From positions 3,567-67,566 of the forward strand of contig CAVYBA010000003.1 in NCBI GenBank assembly GCA_963766675.1: a stretch of DNA of 64,000 nucleotides, in the 5' to 3' direction. The DNA comes from an uncultured Chloroflexia bacterium. GTDB taxonomy: Bacteria > Chloroflexota > Limnocylindria > Limnocylindrales > CSP1-4. How positions within the stretch are numbered: the stretch's first letter is position 1; the number at the start of each line of letters is the position of its first letter. Positions 57,098-64,000 of the stretch are shown piece by piece. The notes below the pieces were generated by a model. That model searched no databases, was not told the DNA's origin, and worked only from the letters and a program-made list of their open reading frames with translations. The translations under genes and the position numbers were made by a program.

Positions 57098-58384
57098 TCA
57101 GGGCGCGCGTCGTTGCCAGGTCGGGTCGCTGATCGCATTCCAGGGCGCCGTGCGGACCGGCCCGCCGGCCGCGTCCAGGATCAACATTGGCGTGCCAAGC
57201 GTGGCTGCCGCGGGCCGGCCGAGGAGTTCGGAATCGTCAGGTGACCAGAGCCAGGCCGCGCAGCAAGCCGTCTCGACCGATCCGGCCGGGGCGATCTGCA
57301 TGCCGACACCGCTGCCGTCCGCCGGGACCACCCAACCCCGGACGTCGTCCTCGCCGCGCGTGAAGCCTTGGGCGAGGAACAGCCGCGTGCCGTCGTTCGA
57401 CCAGGTCGCATGGGCATTCCAGACGGCGCCGACCGGTGACGGAATCTCGCGGTCGCCGGTCCCGTCGGCGTTGACGACGTGCGTCTTCGCCGACAGTCCG
57501 TCCGTCGTGTTGCCCCACGTCCAGTAGGCGACCTTCGATCCGTCGGGCGACCAGCTCGGCCCCGCGAGGTCGAAGCCGGGCTCCATGTTGACGATCTGGC
57601 GTGTCTGGTTGGTCGATCGATCGAGGACGAACAGGCCAGTCCTGGCGCCTCGGCCGATGAACAGGATTTCGTTGCTGTCGGGCGGCCGGTAGGTTGGTTC
57701 CTCGGCCAGCATCCCGACGTCGAGCTGGCTGGCGCCACTGCCATCGGTCCGGGCGATCGTCATGCCCGAGGTGGTGGCGATCAGGAGCTCTCGTCCGTCG
57801 GGCGAGAACTTGTAGCGTTCCCAAGCTCGGCCGCCGGTAGCGGTCGCGAGACTCACCGGGGTTGGAGTGACCAGGGTGAGCCCGGTCCCATCGGAGCGGG
57901 CCACGTAGATTTGGCTGGTGCCGTCAGCCGCGAGCCGCGCGAACGCGATGTGCGTCCCGTCGAGCGAGAAGCGCGGGCCGCGGTCCGTCTCCGGGCCGGT
58001 GATGATCGCCGTCGCCGTGCCCGTCACGGGATCGGCGGTGTAGATGTCGTCGCCGGCGTCGTAGGCAATCACGCCATTCCGTGCCAGGCCGAACGGGGCC
58101 GGAACGCGCTGCTGGCTGCCGACGTAGACGATGGCGGCTGCGAGGAGGGCGAGAAGAACCACGATCGCCAGGACGAAGGACCGCAATGGCAGGCGTGGCA
58201 CGAAGACGGGCTGACGAACGGCGTCAACCATCGGGAGCCACCTTTCCAGGAACGTCCAGGCCGGTCGTTGCCGGATCGTGGCGGTGGTGGCCAGGACGTC
58301 GTCGATGTAGGCGGGATACGGCCCCATCGCGAGATCGCCGAGGATTTCGGGCAGGTCGCGGGTGAGCCGACGTTCGGTCGTCAT
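57098..58384 (-). CDS. Single-pass membrane protein with extracellular TolB/PD40 beta-propeller, probable anti-sigma
   Basis: One TM, repeats PRFSLDG..IAF, FSPDG, PSWSPDGSKVAY, WSNDG, WSPD; coupled to ECF sigma. Confidence 0.85.
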   Translation of the reverse strand: MTTERRLTRDLPEILGDLAMGPYPAYIDDVLATTATIRQRPAWTFLERWLPMVDAVRQPVFVPRLPLRSFVLAIVVLLALLAAAIVYVGSQQRVPAPFGLARNGVIAYDAGDDIYTADPVTGTATAIITGPETDRGPRFSLDGTHIAFARLAADGTSQIYVARSDGTGLTLVTPTPVSLATATGGRAWERYKFSPDGRELLIATTSGMTIARTDGSGASQLDVGMLAEEPTYRPPDSNEILFIGRGARTGLFVLDRSTNQTRQIVNMEPGFDLAGPSWSPDGSKVAYWTWGNTTDGLSAKTHVVNADGTGDREIPSPVGAVWNAHATWSNDGTRLFLAQGFTRGEDDVRGWVVPADGSGVGMQIAPAGSVETACCAAWLWSPDDSELLGRPAAATLGTPMLILDAAGGPVRTAPWNAISDPTWQRRAP

Positions 58385-58941
58385 GCGATCTGCCCTCCCG
58401 CGATTGACGGGGTCGACGTCGGTTCGGTCTCGATCGCGACTCGCATCGCGACCAACGCGCGATGCAGCCGGGACTTGACCGTTCCGAGCGGGATCGAGAG
58501 GGTCGCCGCGACGTCGGTCAACGGCAGCCCCATGTAGTAGTGCAGGACGACGATCGCCCGGCCTTGCGCGTCGAGCCCGCGGAGGACTTCGTCCACGAGC
58601 TGCCGATCGGCGTGAGCGATCGAGCTGTCCGGCAGAGCCGGCTGGTGAAGCGGCGTGAGCTCGACCTCGATGACCCGGCGGCGCCTGTGGCGGACCAGGT
58701 CGAGGCAGGCATTGACGGTGAGGCGATAGAGCCAGGCATCGAACCGGTCGGGATCTCGAAGCTTCCGGAGATCCCGCCAGGCGCGGATCAGCCCCTCCTG
58801 GACGGCGTCGCGTGCGAGCTCCGGATCCCGGAGGATGAGGCGAGCCGCCTGGTCCAGCCGCACGACGGCGGCGCGAGCGAGGTCGGCGAAGGCGTCATGA
58901 TCGCCTCCCCTTGCTCGCTCCACGAGCCATCGCTGGTCCAC
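58381..58941 (-). CDS. ECF sigma-70 factor
   Basis: GDHDAF, DAVQE..IRAWR.L..LRDPDRFDAWLYR..VN, GTVKSRLHRA. Confidence 0.93.
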   Translation of the reverse strand: MDQRWLVERARGGDHDAFADLARAAVVRLDQAARLILRDPELARDAVQEGLIRAWRDLRKLRDPDRFDAWLYRLTVNACLDLVRHRRRRVIEVELTPLHQPALPDSSIAHADRQLVDEVLRGLDAQGRAIVVLHYYMGLPLTDVAATLSIPLGTVKSRLHRALVAMRVAIETEPTSTPSIAGGQIA

Positions 58942-59173
58942 GGTCGCCTCGCATGTCGGACACGGCCACAGCGGTCGTGCCTCATAGCCTATGGCGACGA
59001 GATTCGGTTTTCGGTTCTTCGCGCAATCGGCCCTTACGGCTCAAGGCGCCCGGAGATCGGGATGGCGGCGGGTTCGACGCTGTGACAGGTCAGAGTCAGC
59101 ACCGTTTTCGCTCGCCGAGTGTCCCATCGACGGGCCAGAATCGAGGTGCGGTGCGGTATGGTCCGAGGGAGTT

Positions 59174-59189
59174 TGGTCGGGGCGAGAGG
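59174..59189 (-). repeat. att-like site 6
   Basis: TGGTCGGGGCGAGAGG; 59171-59207 identical to 53267-53303. Confidence 0.8.
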
Positions 59190-59575
59190 CTTAGCCCCCA
59201 GACGAACGACATAGTTGGCACGGTCCGAGTTGCGCCGCGACCTGCCGCCGAGCTACCTGCCTACGTGGCTTAACCGGGGTGCGGCCGCAGCAGTTGGTGT
59301 GACCCGCAACACTGCTTGGTTCCTCTCCCAGGGGCCGCACCGCGGGCATCGAATGAACGAATCGAGCCATGCCGCACGACGAGCCCGGCAGCCGCGCGGA
59401 CTCGGGTGCTGGCACTCAGTCCGGTCCCCGGCCGACCTGCTGACCGGCGCGCCCTAACACCGTGCATCACGATAATCTCCACTGTCGTTGCAGCCGATTC
59501 GGCCGGTTCCATTCCGTTCGCTGGCGGACGCGGGTTCCCGTCGATTGGAACGTGGATCCTCCGATTCGGGCGACC

Positions 59576-59745
59576 TCACGGGAGCCGAAAGGTCGGACTC
59601 GGGGCGGCACCCTGCGACACGCAGGACGTATCGAGACCCGTCGTCGTTCCGGCGTCGACGAAGCTCGCGATCACTGCCGGACCGCACCCGAGGTGCCCGA
59701 CCACGTGCTCCTGGGCGGGCATGACCACGATCAGGCTGTTCGGGT
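59576..59745 (-). pseudogene. C-terminal fragment of a TAP-like alpha/beta peptidase
   Basis: PNSLIVVMPAQEHVVGHLGCGPAVIASFVDAG...LDTSCV; no N-terminal part. Confidence 0.55.
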
Positions 59746-59892
59746 TCTGCGATGGCACCGCGGTGAGGTTGGCGGGCGGATCCTGCGGGTTCCTGCGCGC
59801 CCGCGCGCTCCAGGCACTCGCGGGTGCTCGCCAGGCGGTCATGGAGGCCGAAGTCAGCGAGCTCACCGGCGTACCCAAGGGCGAGCGGCCGG

Positions 59893-60315
59893 ATGGGCGG
59901 TCTTCGACTGGCTGGAACGCTCTGGGCCATGGCCGGCGTGGTGTGTGCCGGCCTTCTGTCGTTCGTCCTCATCGGCGAACACATCAACGATCTCGGAGCC
60001 TTGTTGGCGAATCTCGCGTTGCCCGCGCGAGTGCTCGGTGGCGCGCTGGTGGCCTTCCTCATCGGCGGCCTGCTGCTGTCCCGCCCGGGCCCTAGCGTGG
60101 TCCGCTGGTCCAGCCTCGCGGGCATCGCGTGGCTCATCGCATTCGGGCCGCTCGTCGTGACGACCGTCGCGGCGGCGCTGGGCGGCAATGAGTTCGGCCC
60201 CGTCGTGTCGAGCAGCCTGATCACCGGACTCGGCACCGCCGGCGCGGTCGTCGGCCGGCTGTCCCGCACGGCGAGGTACGACGACCGACTACCCGCCGAG
60301 GCCGAACCGGACTGA
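59893..60315 (+). CDS. Hypothetical 4-TM membrane protein
   Basis: Four hydrophobic segments; start uncertain. Confidence 0.5.
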   Translation: MGGLRLAGTLWAMAGVVCAGLLSFVLIGEHINDLGALLANLALPARVLGGALVAFLIGGLLLSRPGPSVVRWSSLAGIAWLIAFGPLVVTTVAAALGGNEFGPVVSSSLITGLGTAGAVVGRLSRTARYDDRLPAEAEPD

Positions 60316-61179
60316 CAGCATGAGCCCGGCGACTAGCGAGTAGGCCGCGAACGGCAGCAGGGTGTTCGTCCGGAAGTATCGCTCCAGGAAGCGCACCGAC
60401 AGGTAGGCGGCGACGGCCGCCGCCATGCTGCCGGCGAGGACCTGGAGCTGGACGCCGTCGCCGTTCGGCCCGAGCAGGTCGGGGATCTTGTAGAGCCCGG
60501 CGGCCAGGATGATCGGCGTCGCGAGCAGGAACGAGAAGCGCGCGGCGTCCTCGTGGTCGAGGCCGCGCACGAGCCCCGCGACCATCGTGACCCCCGAGCG
60601 GCTGATGCCTGGCAGGAGCGCGAGCGCCTGGGCAGCCCCGATTCCGAGCGCCTCGCGGGCCTCCAGCGTGTCGAGCCGACGGTCGCCGGCGGCGGTGCGC
60701 GCGTGGCTCGCGATCGCCCGCCGGGCGACGCCGCGACGCCGGACCAATTCGCCCACCAGGAGCAGCACGCCGTTGGCGACGAGGAACAACGAGGCGGCGA
60801 GGGGCCGGGCGAAGAGGACCCGCAGGGCGTGCTCCGCGAGAAGGCCCACGAGGCCGGCTGGCACTGTCGCGATCGCGAGCAGCCAGATCAGTCGCTCGTC
60901 GGGGGTCTCGATGCGACGCGTGCGCAGCGTGCGGACGCCGGCGGCCAGCAGCCGCGCCCAGGTGGTGCGGTAGTAGAAGAGCAGGGCGAGCGCTGTGGCG
61001 ACGTGCAGGCCGACGAGGAACGCCAGCCAGTACGACTCGGCGGCCGATTGCGCCGCGACCACGTCGTTCCAGCCGAGCAGCGCCGGCAGGAGCACCGAGT
61101 GCCCGAGACTGGAAACCGGGAACAGCTCGGTGACGCCCTGGAGGAGGCCGAGCAGTATCGCCTGGGCGTAGGTCAGCAC
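60289..61179 (-). CDS. uppP: Undecaprenyl-diphosphate phosphatase
   Basis: LGLLQGVTELFPVSSLGH, AQALAL.PGISRSG.T, RFSFLLATP. Confidence 0.95.
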   Translation of the reverse strand: MLTYAQAILLGLLQGVTELFPVSSLGHSVLLPALLGWNDVVAAQSAAESYWLAFLVGLHVATALALLFYYRTTWARLLAAGVRTLRTRRIETPDERLIWLLAIATVPAGLVGLLAEHALRVLFARPLAASLFLVANGVLLLVGELVRRRGVARRAIASHARTAAGDRRLDTLEAREALGIGAAQALALLPGISRSGVTMVAGLVRGLDHEDAARFSFLLATPIILAAGLYKIPDLLGPNGDGVQLQVLAGSMAAAVAAYLSVRFLERYFRTNTLLPFAAYSLVAGLMLSVRFGLGG

Positions 61180-61396
61180 GGGCGGAGCCTACCCGGTGTC
61201 GATCCTGGCCTCGCGTATCCGAACCCGACGGCGGCCCGCGTCCAGGGCGTGATCTCGTCCCGCAGGCGTAGCACTGGGGCGAATAGGAATCGCCGCCTAC
61301 CGGCCCGACGCTACGGGCCATGACGGCGCGCTGGTCCGATCCACACCGGCTCCCGGGCTCCCCTGCCTGCTGCGACTCCGCGTTCGCGCCGCCGCA

Positions 61397-62110
61397 TCAG
61401 ACGAAGAACGCGAGCTCGTCCCGGAATGACATGTCGGCAACATCTGCCGAGCCGCGCCCCAGCGCATCCTCCGCGATCGCCGCGGGAAGCATCTGACGCG
61501 CGAGCGTCGCGAACTGCCACGCCTTGTACCGTTCCATCGTCCAGCCGCACTCAACCGTGAACGCGAGATAGGTCTCGGCGCGGTTGATCCCGAACAGCAG
61601 GTCGAGCGCCAGCGATGGGTCGAGGCCGTCGCGCAGCTCGCCCCGGGCCGCGAACACCCCGATGATCTGGCTCATCCCCGCCCGCCGCCGCGCCACCACG
61701 CCGCGCCACGCCTGGTCGACCTCGGGGTCCACGGACGCCGCTGCGTTCACCGCCCCCAGCAGCGGGCCGACGCGCGCGTAGATTTCGTTGCTGTGCTCGA
61801 CGATGAGCGCGAGGCGCCGCGACCCCGTCGGGGCCTCGATGACCCGGCCGATCCAGGCCCGCTCCATGACGACCTCGGGGGAGCCGGGCTCGCCACCGGC
61901 GATCTCGAGTGAGGCGATCAGCAGCTCCGCCTTTGTGTGAAAGGTGAAGTAGACGGTCTGCACCGCCACGCCGGCGTCGCGGGCGACGGCCTCCATGGTG
62001 GTCGCCGCGTAGCCCTGCCCGGAGAAGCGTCGCAGTGCCGCCTCGGCGATGCGCCTGCGGGTTGCCCTGGCGCGATCTCGTCGCGATCGGGGCTTGACAT
62101 CGTCGGTCAC
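61397..62110 (-). CDS. TetR/AcrR family regulator
   Basis: Start GTG 62110; TRRRIAEAA...F...GYAATT...VA.DAGVAVQTVY..F.TKA.L. Confidence 0.9.
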   Translation of the reverse strand: MTDDVKPRSRRDRARATRRRIAEAALRRFSGQGYAATTMEAVARDAGVAVQTVYFTFHTKAELLIASLEIAGGEPGSPEVVMERAWIGRVIEAPTGSRRLALIVEHSNEIYARVGPLLGAVNAAASVDPEVDQAWRGVVARRRAGMSQIIGVFAARGELRDGLDPSLALDLLFGINRAETYLAFTVECGWTMERYKAWQFATLARQMLPAAIAEDALGRGSADVADMSFRDELAFFV

Positions 62111-62130
62111 GTGGCCATCATACTGCACTA

Positions 62131-62144
62131 CGTCACTAGTGACG
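62131..62144. promoter_or_regulatory. Perfect 14-bp palindrome, likely TetR operator
   Basis: CGTCACTAGTGACG between divergent tetR and SRPBCC genes. Confidence 0.75.
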
Positions 62145-62200
62145 CACTCTAGACAAATGATCAGCGCGGACCCGCAGCCCGGGGATGGAGTGAGAGCTAC

Positions 62201-62650
62201 ATGACGGCGGTCATCGAGAACACCGTGGACATCGCGCGCTCGCCGGAGGACGTGTTCGACTACCTGTCTGACCAGGGCCACGAGGTCGACTGGAACCCCG
62301 ACTGCCTGCGGATGGACAAGCTGACGGACGGCCCGGTGGGCGTGGGCACCAGGTTCCGGGCGAAGTGGAAGCAGGGTCCGGAGGTGATCACCGAGTGCAT
62401 CCGGTACGAACGGCCGCGGACGTGGGCCTACGAGAACGGCGGGCCGATCAGCGTCGTCCTGACGGTGAGTCTGGAGCCCACGGCGGCGGGCGGGACGCGG
62501 CTGACGTCGCGCGGCGAGTGGACCCCGCACGGCTGGATGCGGCTCGGCTTCCCGGTCTTCGCCCGGATCATGCGCCGCGCCGAGAAGGGTGTCATGGCGA
62601 ACTCCCGGCGCGCCCTCGAGGAGCACCGGGACCAGAAGCCGGTGGCCTGA
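62201..62650 (+). CDS. SRPBCC (polyketide cyclase/dehydrase-like) family protein
   Basis: IARSPEDVFDYLSD...W, GPVGVGTRF. Confidence 0.85.
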   Translation: MTAVIENTVDIARSPEDVFDYLSDQGHEVDWNPDCLRMDKLTDGPVGVGTRFRAKWKQGPEVITECIRYERPRTWAYENGGPISVVLTVSLEPTAAGGTRLTSRGEWTPHGWMRLGFPVFARIMRRAEKGVMANSRRALEEHRDQKPVA

Positions 62651-62652
62651 GG

Positions 62653-63015
62653 GTGGTGACGGCCGCAGCGCTCTGCTCGATCTTCCTCGGGCTGGCCTTC
62701 GGGCTGCCGGCCGTCTTCGGCACGCTGCACTTCGCGCGGACCGGCGAGGTCTGGACGTTCATGGGCTTCCCGACCTACGGCGGGGGCCCGTTCGAGCAGA
62801 TCGGCCTCCCGACCTCGGTCCCGCTGCTGCTCGGGTTCGTCTGCGTCTGCCTGGCTGAGGGGGCCGTCGGGGTGGCGCTGCTGCTGGGCATCCCGCGCGT
62901 CGCGACCGTCAGCTACCTGCTCCTGCCCTTCGAGTTCGCGTACTGGATCGGATTCGCCCTCCCGTTCGGCCCGCCGTTTGGCATCGCCCGAACGGTCCTG
63001 CTGTTGCTCGCGTGA
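62653..63015 (+). CDS. Hypothetical membrane protein
   Basis: 3-4 TM segments, directly follows SRPBCC gene. Confidence 0.65.
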   Translation: MVTAAALCSIFLGLAFGLPAVFGTLHFARTGEVWTFMGFPTYGGGPFEQIGLPTSVPLLLGFVCVCLAEGAVGVALLLGIPRVATVSYLLLPFEFAYWIGFALPFGPPFGIARTVLLLLA

Positions 63016-63044
63016 CTCTCGGCTGCCCCGTTGGTTGACGTAGG

Positions 63045-63170
63045 CATCCGGCCGAGCACCGTGAAGCGCCACCTCGCCGACCTGCGTGCCCGATCGGGGC
63101 CTCACCAGCGAGCAGCTGATCTACCGGGGACGGGCTGAGGGCTGGCTTGCGGTGGCGGGCCTTGAACCCG
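63045..63170 (+). pseudogene. Frameshifted fragment of a LuxR-type HTH gene
   Basis: GIRPSTVKRHLADLRARSG...EQLIY. Confidence 0.5.
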
Positions 63171-63203
63171 ACCAAGGCGACGACAAAGGAACGAGATGGT
63201 GAC

Positions 63204-63557
63204 TCAGCTTGCCTTCAGTAGTCGGTCGCCCGTCGCGTAGACGAAAAGGTGATAGAAGATCGAGAGCAGGCCCAGGAGGAACCCCGGCGCCGGCTGCCCG
63301 ACGCTCCACAGCGCGACGGCGGCAAGACCAGAGACCAAGAGCTCCTGAACGAGGCGCAGCGCCTCCGCGGCCCGGCCCGCGGAGTGGAAGTCGACAAGAC
63401 CCCAGAATCCGAACCCGACGAGCGGTGCTCCGAGGGCAAGCCCGATCTTGGTGAGGGCCCCGGAACCTGTCTGCCACCCCCAGTACGCAAGACCGACGAC
63501 GATCCCGGTCTCCATCACCGCTCGCATCGCGAGGATGAGCAGCTGAGTTCGCGACAT
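63204..63557 (-). CDS. YrdB/DUF2568-like membrane protein
   Basis: R...E.G....LAYWG, GAPL....WG, LRL..ELL. Confidence 0.7.
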   Translation of the reverse strand: MSRTQLLILAMRAVMETGIVVGLAYWGWQTGSGALTKIGLALGAPLVGFGFWGLVDFHSAGRAAEALRLVQELLVSGLAAVALWSVGQPAPGFLLGLLSIFYHLFVYATGDRLLKAS

Positions 63558-63633
63558 CGATCCAGCTCGCGGTCGCTCGTCGGCGGATTGGTGGAGGTTC
63601 CGGTCAGGACCGCGGCTCTCCACCTCCGTGCGC

Positions 63634-64000
63634 TCAGCCATGGCTCGGCGCCCGATCGCCCGTCGGGTGGAGGCGGCTCCACCAACCGCCTGCGAGGAGC
63701 ACCGTGCCGGGCACGATGCCGGCGACGACCGCGATCACGGCTGCCGAGCGATCGAGCCCCGCTGCGACCAGACCGATCGCACCGCACACGCTGATCGCCG
63801 CCCCGATCCAAACCATGACCGACAGCCGCCAGATCACGTAGAAGCCGAAGAAGTGGACGCCGACCACAAGCGAGATCCACGCAATCGAGGCGTCGTGGAT
63901 GCCGAGCAGATCATTGAGGACGACGAGCCCACCGACCGCGGCGGCAACTTCGGCCGCGACGATGAGCCAGTACGACCGGCTGAATCCGACACTTGGCGGA
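63634..64000 (-). CDS. Hypothetical membrane protein, 5' end outside the window
   Basis: Open frame with several TM segments (WISLVVGVHFFGFY). Confidence 0.6.
   Translation of the reverse strand, partial: PPSVGFSRSYWLIVAAEVAAAVGGLVVLNDLLGIHDASIAWISLVVGVHFFGFYVIWRLSVMVWIGAAISVCGAIGLVAAGLDRSAAVIAVVAGIVPGTVLLAGGWWSRLHPTGDRAPSHG

Larger units (their letters stand above)
51016..59207. mobile_element. Tandem array of small units delimited by tRNA-Pro 3'-end att-like repeats
   Basis: Six repeats; start-to-start unit sizes 2254, 804, 620, 1605, 2875 bp; cargo on minus strand; recombinase-like relic. Confidence 0.75.

Noticed and set aside
51016-59207. CRISPR array reading of the six repeats
   Set aside because: Intervals are 0.6-2.9 kb and contain genes; no cas genes; the repeat matches a tRNA 3' end.

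Overview
About 70% GC bacterial DNA with roughly 60 genes. The GC content, frequent leaderless promoters and gene repertoire suggest Chloroflexota, perhaps Ca. Limnocylindria (inference only). No intact rRNA, tRNA or CRISPR array is visible. Three zones. (1) 1-38.6 kb: two divergently oriented paralogous dsrE-tusA-mvhD-hdrA clusters. Copy 1 (1-3950) is cut by the window edge and led by an ArsR gene. Copy 2 (25.7-33.4 kb) is complete, divergent from a Crp-family gene, and continues through a second HdrA, a wHTH protein, HdrC-like, a single-CCG HdrD-like protein and a hemerythrin. Between and around them lie an AmmeMemoRadiSam trio, a PadR/NifX/OsmC/DUF2892/ECF-ZAS block, an orphan CpaF ATPase fused to a degenerate Rid domain, an RnfD/UnbU-like membrane protein, MgtA and MFS/MarR genes. 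(2) 38.7-50 kb: signalling and catabolic genes (FIST plus adenylate cyclase, FAD oxidase, hydrolase-LuxR, TetRs, frameshifted chrA, LLM, esterase). (3) 50-59.3 kb, the most unusual part: six copies of the reverse-complemented 3' end of a tRNA-Pro (TGGTCGGGGCGAGAG) divide the DNA into five 0.6-2.9 kb units carrying co-oriented cargo (a vapBC-type TA, cupin, methyltransferase, discoidin-domain protein, ECF sigma plus propeller), with a second TA module just left of the first copy. One unit keeps a decayed recombinase-like gene that reads into the site, and several sites are followed by homologous short reading frames ending in Ala. This looks like a tRNA-att-based, integron-like cassette array. 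Family assignments come from motif recognition without database searches.
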